IMG/VR virus record: IMGVR_UViG_3300024255_000017
Span: 17,433 to 81,432 of that record
DNA length: 64,000 bases
DNA from: a virus
Strand: one strand, 5' to 3'
A program made the position numbers and the translations under genes. The notes beneath the pieces were generated by a model. That model made no database searches. It saw nothing but the letters and a program-made list of their open reading frames with translations, and had not been told where the DNA came from. Positions 30,601-41,265 of this stretch are shown piece after piece (the first letter of the stretch is position 1; every line of letters starts with the position of its first letter).

Positions 30601-31597
30601 TGCAGCAACACCTGATGATATATTAGAAATCCAAATAACTCACCCTTATGTAACTAGCTACGCTACTTATAAGAAGGCATATGAAAATATGACAGGAGAT
30701 ACTAGTAATACCACATTACCGTCAACAATACCGCCTCTTGGGATTGATTGTACAACTGGTGGAAATGGTACTGCAAATATTCTATTTAGACAATCTAGAT
30801 TTATAACTTTGACATCGGATGCGCAATTAGGTAAATCTCAAGCCATCTACTTAAATGAAAATGCTGTTGATTTAACTGCATTAAGTAGTAGTACAGATTT
30901 TAATGGAATCGTATGGCCTAATGGTCAACAATTACAGGCTAGCCCATCTATTACTGCTATTGGTCCATTAGGACAAGCAGGGGATCCTAATTTAGTAGAC
31001 GGCGGGTCAGGTTATAGTAGAAATGTTAAAGGTGCATTTGAAAACTTTGATCAATATACACTAGGACAACAGGGATGTGGATCATATCTCTTTGTGTCGT
31101 CTGATGACCACTTAAATTTACAGACAGGTGGAGATTCAGCACAATCTTCAAAATTAATACAATTCGGTCAACAAAATTCAATAAACATACCTATGGTATT
31201 TCAATATAGAATGACTGATTACTTTGGTACTGGTTCAGGTGCTGATGGTGGTATAGGTAATATTGGTGGAGATTCTACTGGTGCTACTACAAATATAACT
31301 TATGCAAAGAAAATAGGATTTGATATTTATCCTAATAACTCAGAGCCTTACCAATATGATGTTGAAATATTTGCAAAATACCGATCAAACAAATTAAATA
31401 TAAATGTGTTCCCAACTAAAACAGTAACCAAAGGGTTAAATGATTTAGAAAAGGTATTAACGAAACTAAGCCCAACAGTTACTTCAACTAGAGTTAACAG
31501 AATAGTTAACGAAGGTGGCGTAGGTGGCGGTCGTGGTGGTGGAATTAACAGAGGTTTATTTACTGAGGATAGTGGCCCTGGTAACAATGTACTGTAA
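27668..31597 (+). CDS. Large putative virion structural protein
   Basis: 1309 aa; coiled-coil segments and beta-rich C-terminus; structural context. Confidence 0.55.
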   Translation: MAENNSISTMLPELLRLFNNSLESFEKVNQAITSSNESVTINIQNNDGTNSRVTIPSFGFLKNSVDRLQNNIDTITNVGGQNSSIRLSDGTFRKLVLAKLPTEAIDLTSINSIENFNIKPNWFFEELINPLLYVSFDLTGQVPIDTERAIIQRYILNTNTQSKINFFNNTYNGRADISYDEFLQQIVERNISYVLDEDVVDLPPRVKRYTGKFSVLRISDVTSTDVINGASVTTQRKQYKLNKIFYTDVEADFDDTVQLSVGDSLEVLSNPISTRYKVTNVDSSTNTVIVELVEGSDPIRIGADQLKIASSLEDNVQVDVTVGFNERCITFVKPIDPDSKIPAVNWSPGSGYYTNTLTTINADGVKQTLAEYYQQSAIDFGSMLLSFADDKIPTTREGIKPNSPILNDSDFSVKLINAQVSDSSSIVELTDLNNQKNTIEATLKELDGAIAQSRTKIQTTNYKTEVERDADKNALQGLITERSSQAELYASVVKEIDAKAKDNSVSSITPKYRARGFWAMPEEKSTPATGLQSIVKFKTRYRYLSSDGAANPVDQFTFKDGSGDTQGAFSNYNIVESTLRPRAKSSLTGVYQWVDINTDNADAVNINQLDIPIRKGEQVEVQVKSISEAGWPSNPLESDWSNSIILTFPADLSSDNATEAIINQNQQDLAKVALEQDLNEMGIQEHLSSSFVANETYFAHSSPVIASGFLSENQTPIDLFTKLSQMQSQLDLFQELLAQAQGNLVVTIIDDQGNVQNLKRNSVTKIFAGFYAQEVTNLDDPRGAIISKTFFINLANNEQTGLRLISRISGNRSRMVKQSENPNYVGNISSITGGTTILPATYSWLDNSQANQSNNQPTFKSDDADYNTVRKYDLTPIILSNPDVTAQTKYGQTTSLSPFQSTQNKNQFINSRFSDVSSENDFYSYSRPGDGKFTFNLDTAENFYGRQNGTMGTTSGQFIWGGGFNEDGTPFTAGSYPVAATPDDILEIQITHPYVTSYATYKKAYENMTGDTSNTTLPSTIPPLGIDCTTGGNGTANILFRQSRFITLTSDAQLGKSQAIYLNENAVDLTALSSSTDFNGIVWPNGQQLQASPSITAIGPLGQAGDPNLVDGGSGYSRNVKGAFENFDQYTLGQQGCGSYLFVSSDDHLNLQTGGDSAQSSKLIQFGQQNSINIPMVFQYRMTDYFGTGSGADGGIGNIGGDSTGATTNITYAKKIGFDIYPNNSEPYQYDVEIFAKYRSNKLNINVFPTKTVTKGLNDLEKVLTKLSPTVTSTRVNRIVNEGGVGGGRGGGINRGLFTEDSGPGNNVL

Positions 31598-31598
31598 A

Positions 31599-31654
31599 CA
31601 TTTAATTTTTCACTAATCGTTTGGTGAATAAATAAAAAAAGTGAAAATTAAATG
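31599..31654 (+). promoter_or_regulatory. Hairpin sequestering ATG 31652 with putative late promoter GAATAAATA (31626-34) in the loop
   Basis: catttaatttttcact / agtgaaaattaaatg, 15 bp with one bulge. Confidence 0.65.
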
Positions 31655-34600
31655 GCCGAAAAATTATTTGATAAAGCATCCTATAGTATAGCTAGAACTA
31701 ATCCTAAGTTAACAGGTAATGTTAAACTTGTTAGTGATGGTAGTAATTTGTATCTAGAATCATTTAGTGCTAATACTGAACTGTCATCTTCTACATTTAA
31801 AGCATTTAAAATAAGTGGTAAAGATACTTATGATAGAGATGTTTGGAAATTCTTTCAAGGTGGAAAGTTCCCAGCACAATTAGCATATGAGGTATTCCAA
31901 GAATACCAAGATGTATCAGTATTATCCCAATATCAAAACCAGTATGAAATGTTTTATTCAGCTGGTACTAGATCAGTCTCGTCCAATTCATATTCTCAAG
32001 AGTTAGGAATGCTCGCGCCTTTATGGTTAAACGAACAAATTCCTGAAAAATTTGTAATATTTAGAATAGACAATCCTGCTGCTGTTAATAATATAATGGC
32101 AACAGTACAAAACACCAATTCTGATTTAGCACAAACATCAGCTGCATTTACTAAAAATGTTTTGGAGAATTGTACTGCCGTTAAAACTTTTGATTTAACA
32201 ACAAATAGTTTACTAGGATCTTATATTAGAAACTATAGATCACAAGAATCCTTTCCTGCATCACCGCTAAATATTTCATGGAGAAAGGATGAAGCAATGC
32301 AATGGGCAGGAATTAATTACAGTAAAGGTGGATTCACATCGGCTGGTAGTTTTTCATATGATGGGATAGTCACAGAAGATGCTACTATTATACAAAATGA
32401 ATTCTTTTTTACTGAAGGGTTTGAAAGAAATAATGTTTTATTAGCTAATCTAATTAACATGGAATTTTTATTTACTGATGAAACTGCTTCTGATTATTCG
32501 GTAAACAGATACTTTGGTTTATATGTAAATGAAGTAGAGGAAGGTCGTTTTGATTTATCAGGAGAAGGGTTTTATAAAAATATTGAAAAAACACAATTAC
32601 CTAAAATAACCACCATCACTGAAGTATCGGAACAATTAAATACACCGTTTGAAATTTCTAACAGTCAAGGTGTTTTACTTTATATTGATCCAGCTAAAAC
32701 AGAAACTATTACAGGTGTACCAACTCCTAGTAGAGTAAATGAAGTTGAGTCAATCTTTTATGTTAAAGATAAAGAAGAAAATTTTCATACTGTTAAGAAA
32801 GGATCTAAATGGGGTACTAATCAAATAAGAATTTTTGATACGGCTGTTGATGTATCAAAATTTGCTGGTTTTAAAAGCCCTGATACTTTTGCAGATGCAA
32901 AAATTATTAATAGAAAAGGTAAAGCTACATGTTCTTTTAAAATTGCAAATGAATTATTAAACGGGTTAAGTATTACGTTTTATGATGGAATAGATTTAAT
33001 AGGAGAAGTTGCAGCTACTTCAATAGAGGCACCTGTACCAGGATCCAATAAACAGCAATTCTTTAATCCTAATGGAACTAATCAAGAAATAGCTAAAGCA
33101 ATAACTAATGCAATAAATCAAGGCATATCACCAGAGAAAAGATTTTTTGTAGCTTCTTATAATGATGATACCGTTTATGTTCAGTCAAGATTTGGTGGGA
33201 GCAGATTTAATAGACTTAACTTTAAGATTAATTATTCAGCATACCCTTTACAGATAGATAATTTAGTAACCTATCCACTTGCTACAATAGTAGATGATAA
33301 TAAAAACTTTGTTGGTGGTAATGATGTAAATTCATCTTTATTAAGAGTTGCTAATGGCGACCAAGATAGATTTGTATTAGGTAATTGGATTCAGTCAAAA
33401 AATGGTTACGCTGAAATAGGTAACTGGGTTCCTTACTTAGAAAATCCAGTAGAAGACAACACAGGAACTGTTACAAGCTATAAAGAAATCGATGAGTATG
33501 TTATTATAACTTTAAATGATAATCAGATACAAGTTACTAATAGTGGACAAGTTGCACTGTACTCTGACTATAAACCTTCGTTTGGTAGATTTTCAATATT
33601 TCCTATGAAGGATTTTGATTATGACTTCTTTAGTACTATGTATAGTCAAATGGGTGAATTAGATTATGAGTATGATCAATATAACGTAGGCAGCGGCGGT
33701 GTATATTACAATATTAGTGCTAATCCTAATGTTAGAGATTTTTATGATTCTGGTGGATTTTTTAAATTAGTGGGGTTATTAAGAGAGGCAGACCCGGACA
33801 AAGATTTTGATTCAGTCATTTCTTCAGAGTATGACAGATTAGAAGAAAACTTTTTAAGGCAGCAATCAGTAGCATCTAGAGTTATTCCATATATTAATAA
33901 ATGGTCTTGGGTAAACGAAGGTAAGAATGTTAGAAACCTTCCATATAGTTTAAATGTTAATGAAGCATTTAGCCAAAATAATTTTTCACCTTCTAAATAT
34001 ACAACAGGACAAAATGCAGAAGGGTTTACTCATGAATGGTATTACTTATGTGAATTTCCAGATTACTTTAATAATTCAGCAGCAATAAAAAGTTCATGGA
34101 GTTATATTGATAAGGCACCTGTTGATACTATAGAAACAAATCCTTTAACTGGTGCGGTATACACACCAGGTACTTTTCAAAAGGTTGATAGAGATTATTT
34201 TAATGATTATTTTATAGTAGATAAATTTACAACCGGTGGTGTTGTTAATTTAATTGACAGACAATTAAGATATGGTAGATTTAGCGGTGGTGATGAAAAG
34301 AATTTTGCAGAATCATTTTTGCGCGGTGTTAGGATTATTGCAAAAACTAAAGCGGATGTTTTAGCTAAACCTAATTTTAATGCAAGGTCACAAAAATATG
34401 TTAGTGACGGTAGATTTAATGATTATAGATTTTCAGTAATGTTAATTCCTAATGCACCAGATAAACCTGAAACTCAGGTGAAGTTTGTAAAAAATGATAA
34501 ATGGAAAACTGTTGTTATGATGGTATTCTTAGCATTAGAAAATGACTGTATAAATGGTATAGGTGACCAGAGTATTGACCGAACAACATTGTATTCATAT

Positions 34601-36256
34601 GAAAGTCATTTTGTAGGAAGTCCTGTAATAGGTGAATCATGTAAACCGTTTATAAATCCACTAGGGGATTATGAATATTTAGATGGCCCTCTACAAGGAG
34701 CAATTAATTTTAGTGCATCTGGTTGGAATGGAGCAGCTGATGCATTCTTAATACAGGGTACTATGGATTCTAATGGAAATTTAACTAGATTTTTACGTGA
34801 TGTTTCTATAGGTTCTAGTGGTAACTTTAATTCAATAGAAATGGTGATAGGTTCAGATGTCTATGAGATTAACGATATTGTTAAAGTTATAAGTGATGAT
34901 AGATTATTTGCTAAAACTATATTAAAGAATGGTAGCAGTTTTGTACCTGGTGGATTATCACCATCTATAAATGATGCGAAGAGTGCCGATTATAAGGTAA
35001 TCGGTGGTGGCTTTAATACATATTCATCCAGATTAAATGATACTGGTTTTGCAACATTATTTAGATTTATTAATGAAGGTGCACCTGGTATTATTTATGA
35101 AACTATTGACGAGGATGGAAATAGAGTGCTATCACCTGATGGTTCTATTGCTGAAACCTTCTCTATAGAACTTAGAGCACAAGAAGATATTTTAAAATCA
35201 GTTTACATAGGGAGGTTACCAGATCCTGCTAAACCGACTAAGTTTAATCTTACCGATGTTATAGGCTATGATTTATCACTTCAGACAAAACCTAGAATAA
35301 CACCAATTGGAAGACATGCTGGAACATATCAACCTACTACCAAGAACTTATTTTATTTCAGAGATCCTTATATAGACCTTTTAGTTATAACTGGTGATGA
35401 TGCAGTGTATAAAGAAAAGGTAAAAGATTTATGTAGGTATTCAAATACTCAGTTTAATTCTAGTGATACTCAAAATTTTGGTCAATTAAGAAATCTGTTT
35501 TATCATAAAGTAAACGAAGAAGATCCATCCACTATATTAGAGCTTTCAACAGAGGATGCATTCTTAAGTCTATATCCACTCATAAATGAAATTGGTATAG
35601 CAAAAAGAGACTTCTATATATTTTCTTCTAACTGGGAACCTTCTTATTTTAGAAAGAGTATAGATAAATCTGAAGTTGAATCCATCATAGGCACACGATC
35701 CATGACAGAGAAAAAATCCTTCCTAGGTTCTAAATATTTAAAGGTTCCACATGAAATTAAACTAGAAACATTTTTACATGAGCCTGTTGCAGTTAAAGCT
35801 GCGATAAAACAACCTAGCTTAATAAAAGGTACATTTATGACCAGGGAGAATGACACTTCTGTATTATTCTATATGTTTATACAAAAAAGATTAATTCAAT
35901 TTTTATTCGAACCTATTAAGGAACAGTTTAAAAAATACATTAAGCCTGAATTTGGTTTTGGTGATATTGATACATTAGATGATGATGTTGAGAGATACAT
36001 AACTCAAAATATTTTACATCTATATAAGTTAGATAGTATTGACTTTTATGTTAAAAGTACCAGAGTTGATGCACCGTTGGATTATTCTACTGCTCAGTTA
36101 AATAATGCTGATAAAGTAGAAAATGGTTTAACTGTTAATACTTCAATAGGATCAAAAATATTAAATACAAATCCATTTGATCTTAGCCTAATATATAACA
36201 AAAGAAAGGGTTTTACTGAATCATTTGGATTTAGCATTACTATAGTTAAAAAATAA
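31652..36256 (+). CDS. Large putative virion structural protein
   Basis: 1534 aa, late-type promoter, structural context. Confidence 0.55.
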   Translation: MAEKLFDKASYSIARTNPKLTGNVKLVSDGSNLYLESFSANTELSSSTFKAFKISGKDTYDRDVWKFFQGGKFPAQLAYEVFQEYQDVSVLSQYQNQYEMFYSAGTRSVSSNSYSQELGMLAPLWLNEQIPEKFVIFRIDNPAAVNNIMATVQNTNSDLAQTSAAFTKNVLENCTAVKTFDLTTNSLLGSYIRNYRSQESFPASPLNISWRKDEAMQWAGINYSKGGFTSAGSFSYDGIVTEDATIIQNEFFFTEGFERNNVLLANLINMEFLFTDETASDYSVNRYFGLYVNEVEEGRFDLSGEGFYKNIEKTQLPKITTITEVSEQLNTPFEISNSQGVLLYIDPAKTETITGVPTPSRVNEVESIFYVKDKEENFHTVKKGSKWGTNQIRIFDTAVDVSKFAGFKSPDTFADAKIINRKGKATCSFKIANELLNGLSITFYDGIDLIGEVAATSIEAPVPGSNKQQFFNPNGTNQEIAKAITNAINQGISPEKRFFVASYNDDTVYVQSRFGGSRFNRLNFKINYSAYPLQIDNLVTYPLATIVDDNKNFVGGNDVNSSLLRVANGDQDRFVLGNWIQSKNGYAEIGNWVPYLENPVEDNTGTVTSYKEIDEYVIITLNDNQIQVTNSGQVALYSDYKPSFGRFSIFPMKDFDYDFFSTMYSQMGELDYEYDQYNVGSGGVYYNISANPNVRDFYDSGGFFKLVGLLREADPDKDFDSVISSEYDRLEENFLRQQSVASRVIPYINKWSWVNEGKNVRNLPYSLNVNEAFSQNNFSPSKYTTGQNAEGFTHEWYYLCEFPDYFNNSAAIKSSWSYIDKAPVDTIETNPLTGAVYTPGTFQKVDRDYFNDYFIVDKFTTGGVVNLIDRQLRYGRFSGGDEKNFAESFLRGVRIIAKTKADVLAKPNFNARSQKYVSDGRFNDYRFSVMLIPNAPDKPETQVKFVKNDKWKTVVMMVFLALENDCINGIGDQSIDRTTLYSYESHFVGSPVIGESCKPFINPLGDYEYLDGPLQGAINFSASGWNGAADAFLIQGTMDSNGNLTRFLRDVSIGSSGNFNSIEMVIGSDVYEINDIVKVISDDRLFAKTILKNGSSFVPGGLSPSINDAKSADYKVIGGGFNTYSSRLNDTGFATLFRFINEGAPGIIYETIDEDGNRVLSPDGSIAETFSIELRAQEDILKSVYIGRLPDPAKPTKFNLTDVIGYDLSLQTKPRITPIGRHAGTYQPTTKNLFYFRDPYIDLLVITGDDAVYKEKVKDLCRYSNTQFNSSDTQNFGQLRNLFYHKVNEEDPSTILELSTEDAFLSLYPLINEIGIAKRDFYIFSSNWEPSYFRKSIDKSEVESIIGTRSMTEKKSFLGSKYLKVPHEIKLETFLHEPVAVKAAIKQPSLIKGTFMTRENDTSVLFYMFIQKRLIQFLFEPIKEQFKKYIKPEFGFGDIDTLDDDVERYITQNILHLYKLDSIDFYVKSTRVDAPLDYSTAQLNNADKVENGLTVNTSIGSKILNTNPFDLSLIYNKRKGFTESFGFSITIVKK

Positions 36257-36263
36257 TAATAAA

Positions 36264-38834
36264 ATGGCGATAACCATACAAGAATTAATTGCATCAGATA
36301 CTGTTTCACAGGCTGTAGATAAGATTAATTTTAATTTTGATCAACTGATACTTAATGGCGGTGGTCCTTTAGGCCCGTCAGGTCCACAAGGCCCGGCAGG
36401 TCCAATTGGTGGTAGAGGAGAACGTGGTACAGAGTGGTATGAAGATGACTCAGTAACCGGACCAGGTAAAGACCCAAATGCCTTCCCACCAACTTTGCTT
36501 CCATTAAAGGCAGATTACTATCTACAATTTGATGGACAAGTTTGGGAATATAATGGTAGCTTATGGGAAGAGACGGAGGTTAATCTTACAGGACCGCAAG
36601 GCCCTACTGGTGCATCGGTTGGATTATCACAATTTGGTAATTCACCTAATCCTGGTAACCCAGGTGGCGTTGCACCAAATAATTATGCACAGAACGCTAA
36701 GAACGTAGGGTACCCTTCATTAATGGCAGCAGGATCACAGACTATTTCTACTGACAATCAAGGTGTACCTACCTTTGCTGTTGGTATTGCAGGACCTAAT
36801 GATATTGCAACATATCCTAATGGTGTATCTGTAACACAAGACTTTAGATTACTAGAAGAGTTTGCAGGAACACTTGATTCAACTAATACAAGTTTTCTAT
36901 TACATCAGAAAAACAGCGGTGCTACTGCGTTGCGTTTTATGGGCGGTATTCAAGCAGGTGAAAATTTTGAGCAGCTAGATTATAGTAAGTTATCACAAAT
37001 AAAGTTATCTTCTGATGACACTTTAAATATATCAGTACCTAAATCACCTACTGCTATAAATAACATAAATGATACTATTGGTTTTAATATAGAAACTGCC
37101 GAAAGAGGTCAGACTTATAGATCTGGTGCTGGGTTTAAGTTTGTTACTGGAACAAAAGGTGGGTCTGGGTCACCGTTCTTTAATTCTAATTTTGAAGCAA
37201 CGGTTTCTACATTTAATCCACTAGGTAGCTCTGAAAAGGGTAAATTTGATTTAAACACCACTGGTACTGGTGCTATTACTAGGCTACAGATGGGTGGTGA
37301 TGATATAACAATACCTACCACGACATCAGCTACTGGGTTTTTAGTAGCGGAGGCTAGGAATATAGATCTTGTGTCTTCAAGCCAAATTGAACTTAATGCA
37401 GGATCTGATGCTTATATAAAATCCCAAGGAGCTACTTTAACCGTTGATGGTAATATTCAATTAAGTACAGTAGCAACAGGTGAAATTAATCTTACTTCTA
37501 ATGGTAGTGGAGATGTAATTTTAAAATCAGATGGAGGAGGTATTACTGGAATATATAGTAATCTTTCTATAGGTTTAGCTGCTGGTTCACTATCTGAAAC
37601 TTTCTTTGACCTTGACACAGTAGGTGGTGCCTTTCTTAAAACACAGGTAGTTAATAATAATATTATACTTGATGCATCAGGAACGAGCAATAGTATTGAA
37701 TTAAAAGCTAGAGAAAATATTGAACTGCGAACTACTTCTGCTGATTCTAATATCTTCCCTAATGTTAAAGCTTTATTTGATGGTGTAACTAATCCATCTA
37801 TTTCATATAGAGGTAAATCAACATGGGGAGCATCTTTAGCACAGGTACCTAATTCGCTTATAAATGCACCGGTATATAAACATGAATGGACAAACCTAGC
37901 GGCAGCAGATGCTCCTATACTTGGTGGTTCAGTAGTAAGGCAAATGGGTAGTCAATCTTATATGACTAATTCAGGTGTACAATACCAACAATATAATGAT
38001 GGGTTTACTGCTATGATGATTGGTAAACCTGCCTATAATAGCGGTGTGCTAGGTGGTGATAGATTAGGATTATTTGTCAACAATCTAGCCAGTACAGTAC
38101 CGCCACAATTTAGTAATTCTGGGACAGTAAAGGAAAATCCGGCAATGGAGCAAGTTAGAATAGATTCCACGACTACTAAAATTAGTAATAATTTTTGTTT
38201 AGGTGGTGAAAACGGGAATGAAGTATTAAATCTTGACCCGCTATGGGACACTACAGATATTGACGGGAGGACTATTGAAATTACCCCTGGTACCCCATAT
38301 TTACAAGTTAACATAGGTACATTTACACCAGTGAATAGTCAAATAGCAATTAATAGTATGCCTTTTGGAAATCGTACACAGGCATGGGAATGTGATTTAA
38401 TATTAAAATTTAACCCATCCAATATGTATCATGGGGCGCAGTTTATTATTGAAATATATAACATGCCATCTAAGTTTGCATGGAGTGGAAACTATAACAG
38501 TAGCTATGCTACACAGTATGGAAAAATAAATGTATTTTATGAAAATTTAGATAATGCAGGTACTGTTACTACAAAGTCAGCAGGATCAATTGAGACTGAT
38601 GCTAATGATATCTCAGGTTTTGGTAGTGGTACAACTACATATACAGCTAAAGTTGGCCTGTATAAATTTGGTTTTAGTAACATGGGTGTTAAAACTTTTT
38701 ATAATGGAAACGGTGTGGGTGCCGCCGGTGGATTAAATTTACAAAAAGGGTGGACATTACATCAATCTATCTTTACTACGTTCCAAGAAGAAAATAATAC
38801 CTCATACAGTATGCAGGCACCGGCTAATTCATAA
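36264..38834 (+). CDS. Tail fibre-like protein with short Pro-rich collagen segments
   Basis: ASDTVSQAVDKINFNF anchor, GPLGPSGPQGPAGPIGGRGERG, beta-helix-like repeats. Confidence 0.7.
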   Translation: MAITIQELIASDTVSQAVDKINFNFDQLILNGGGPLGPSGPQGPAGPIGGRGERGTEWYEDDSVTGPGKDPNAFPPTLLPLKADYYLQFDGQVWEYNGSLWEETEVNLTGPQGPTGASVGLSQFGNSPNPGNPGGVAPNNYAQNAKNVGYPSLMAAGSQTISTDNQGVPTFAVGIAGPNDIATYPNGVSVTQDFRLLEEFAGTLDSTNTSFLLHQKNSGATALRFMGGIQAGENFEQLDYSKLSQIKLSSDDTLNISVPKSPTAINNINDTIGFNIETAERGQTYRSGAGFKFVTGTKGGSGSPFFNSNFEATVSTFNPLGSSEKGKFDLNTTGTGAITRLQMGGDDITIPTTTSATGFLVAEARNIDLVSSSQIELNAGSDAYIKSQGATLTVDGNIQLSTVATGEINLTSNGSGDVILKSDGGGITGIYSNLSIGLAAGSLSETFFDLDTVGGAFLKTQVVNNNIILDASGTSNSIELKARENIELRTTSADSNIFPNVKALFDGVTNPSISYRGKSTWGASLAQVPNSLINAPVYKHEWTNLAAADAPILGGSVVRQMGSQSYMTNSGVQYQQYNDGFTAMMIGKPAYNSGVLGGDRLGLFVNNLASTVPPQFSNSGTVKENPAMEQVRIDSTTTKISNNFCLGGENGNEVLNLDPLWDTTDIDGRTIEITPGTPYLQVNIGTFTPVNSQIAINSMPFGNRTQAWECDLILKFNPSNMYHGAQFIIEIYNMPSKFAWSGNYNSSYATQYGKINVFYENLDNAGTVTTKSAGSIETDANDISGFGSGTTTYTAKVGLYKFGFSNMGVKTFYNGNGVGAAGGLNLQKGWTLHQSIFTTFQEENNTSYSMQAPANS

Positions 38835-38863
38835 TTAGAAGATTAATATTTAAATAAATAAAA

Positions 38864-39106
38864 ATGACAAAAAAGGAAAAAAAGGAATTAACTAGTTTTG
38901 TAGATAGATATAAACAAATAGAAACTTCTATTGATCTAATGCAAAAAAGTATTTTAAGTTTAGCTGATAAAAGAGATAAACTTTTTGATGAATTAGATAC
39001 CATGAAAAGTCAAGAAAAAACTTTTATGGAAAAGCTTATTAAAAAATATGGAGAAAGTAATGTTACTCCTTATAAGTTAATGAAAATTTACGAGGAAGGT
39101 ATATGA
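38864..39106 (+). CDS. Small coiled-coil hypothetical protein
   Basis: 80-aa ORF coupled to the next gene. Confidence 0.65.
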   Translation: MTKKEKKELTSFVDRYKQIETSIDLMQKSILSLADKRDKLFDELDTMKSQEKTFMEKLIKKYGESNVTPYKLMKIYEEGI

Positions 39107-39873
39107 TAATTTTAAAAAACATAATAGCGATAATCACTGATCCTAAAAATACAAGAATGTTTTTATTAGGTGGTATTGTAGTGTTGTGTTTTTTATTGTT
39201 TAGACAGTGCGAACAAACTAATATAGCAAAGAGTGAAGCTACTAAGATTAGTAATAATTGGAAAGCTTCGTTAGATACAATTGAAAACTATATTGACAAA
39301 AATGGAAATGCTGCCGCTGAAATAAGAGCTCTTAATTTAACATTAGAAGAAATTGAAGATGAGCTAGAGTTTGAGAAAGATAAACCGCCGTTGACTATTA
39401 TTAAAACTGAAACGGTAATAAAGGAAGTTATTGTAGAGGTACCGGTAAATGTTATTGATACTATATTAGGTAATTTTAATTCAGCATTAACAGTTTCCGA
39501 TTCTGCTACCTGGGGTAAAAGTTTTAGAGATATTGGAGTTTTTGTTCCTTATGAAATTGATGGTACTTTAATAAATTTTGGTAATGCTACTATTGATCTA
39601 AAACAAAATATATTTTTATCTGCCTCATTAACAAGAGACAATAAAACAAAAGAATTATTTGTAAATCTTTTAACTGATTATCCTGGTACTACTTTTAATA
39701 GTGCAGAAGGTATATTAATTGACCAAAGGAGTAGCGCGTTTAAAAGCTTACAATATGAAAACAGAAAAACATTAGGACTAGGATTACAACTAGGTGTCGG
39801 TTTCAGCGGTAACGGAGTTGCACCTTATGTTGGTATAGGTTTAAACTATACCCCTAAGTTTTTACAATGGTAA
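39103..39873 (+). CDS. Membrane-anchored protein, possible spanin-like lysis protein
   Basis: N-terminal TM (MFLLGGIVVLCFLLF), coiled coil, C-terminal amphipathic beta hairpin LGLGLQLGVGF...PYVGIGLNY. Confidence 0.55.
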   Translation: MIILKNIIAIITDPKNTRMFLLGGIVVLCFLLFRQCEQTNIAKSEATKISNNWKASLDTIENYIDKNGNAAAEIRALNLTLEEIEDELEFEKDKPPLTIIKTETVIKEVIVEVPVNVIDTILGNFNSALTVSDSATWGKSFRDIGVFVPYEIDGTLINFGNATIDLKQNIFLSASLTRDNKTKELFVNLLTDYPGTTFNSAEGILIDQRSSAFKSLQYENRKTLGLGLQLGVGFSGNGVAPYVGIGLNYTPKFLQW

Positions 39874-39885
39874 ATAAATAAAATA

Positions 39886-41265
39886 ATGGAATCATCTAAA
39901 TTTTTACAATTATCAGAAGGAATATTATTAGAGTATATTTACACTAGTCAATCTGAACCAACTGAACTTAACACTGCTGACTATCCGATAGACATAATGC
40001 GAGACGGTCATACCGGTGGTAGCTATCTATTTAATACAAGTGATGTTTCGGCTGAAATGGGTAACTATACAGATATCTCTGCTGCTGCTATTAATGTAAA
40101 TAAAACTCAGTACGCATATTTAGATACTGATATAGGAGTACCTTATAATGATTTTGATCCATTATTGACTAACACGGTAGACCTCCTACAGACGTTCTCC
40201 CCTCAGCTAAATATAGCATATGATAAAATAAGAGTACATTTTATCTCAGGCTTTTCATTTACAGGATTTGATGGTATTATATTTGAAACCTTAGTACCTC
40301 GTAGGGATGGTGTATTATTAAACCTATCTTCAATAAACTTTTTAAAGACTGATACTCCGGTATTTAATCCAGATCCAGTTTTAATAAATGATAATCTTTA
40401 TGCCAGTTTTATTGAATGGAGAGTACCATCTCTTTACTTCATGAATAACAGCTTTAATGCTGCTGATTCTAATGGCCTAGGATTTAAGTTAACTGAAGGT
40501 AAAGGATTTTTAAGTACTCCTACAATTACATTTAAGGCTACAGGTATTTATGAAACTATAGTTGAAAATAGTTATAGCTATTATAATGTAGAAGAAATAA
40601 ATTCAGTTACATTACCAAGTAGGGATATTTATGATAATCTTTATGCTAGTGTTACAGAGGCGGAAGGTGGTGATTATTTTGAATTAACAGGTTTGGTAAC
40701 AGGTTCAACATTTTCTAATTTTATAAGTCAGCTAAACGCCACGTCAGGTGGAGCAAACAATATAGTATTTCATGAAATTAATGTGAGTGAGCAAATAGAT
40801 ACTTCATTTGTTAAGACTAGCACACAGGTATTTACACAGACTAACAGTTTTGATAATCCTATTCTATTTAGACCAATTATTTTAAATAGTGCTATTGCCG
40901 CTTCTTTTACAATTAATTATATGCTAAGAATTTATAACCGAGCTGATAATACTCAGATAATTAAGCAAGCTAAATTAACTTCATTTGATGTAAAGAAATA
41001 CGGAAGGCGATTAATGAAAATAAATTTAGGAGTAGTTCCAACTGTGGCTAATGTATACAATCAAATTGCACCGAATGATGGAAACAATATTATTGTAAAC
41101 AATGGTGGAAATGGAGGAGCTGGACAAACAACAGAAAAAATAGTAGAACAACTGGTAGTGAAAACTAAGTATGTAACTTCATTTAGAGATAAATTACATG
41201 TGAAGGCGTCAATATCTCCAGCTAAAATACAAACAATAACAGAAACCGATGGATCAACAGAATAA
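39886..41265 (+). CDS. Hypothetical, probably structural protein
   Basis: 459-aa beta-rich ORF. Confidence 0.6.
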   Translation: MESSKFLQLSEGILLEYIYTSQSEPTELNTADYPIDIMRDGHTGGSYLFNTSDVSAEMGNYTDISAAAINVNKTQYAYLDTDIGVPYNDFDPLLTNTVDLLQTFSPQLNIAYDKIRVHFISGFSFTGFDGIIFETLVPRRDGVLLNLSSINFLKTDTPVFNPDPVLINDNLYASFIEWRVPSLYFMNNSFNAADSNGLGFKLTEGKGFLSTPTITFKATGIYETIVENSYSYYNVEEINSVTLPSRDIYDNLYASVTEAEGGDYFELTGLVTGSTFSNFISQLNATSGGANNIVFHEINVSEQIDTSFVKTSTQVFTQTNSFDNPILFRPIILNSAIAASFTINYMLRIYNRADNTQIIKQAKLTSFDVKKYGRRLMKINLGVVPTVANVYNQIAPNDGNNIIVNNGGNGGAGQTTEKIVEQLVVKTKYVTSFRDKLHVKASISPAKIQTITETDGSTE

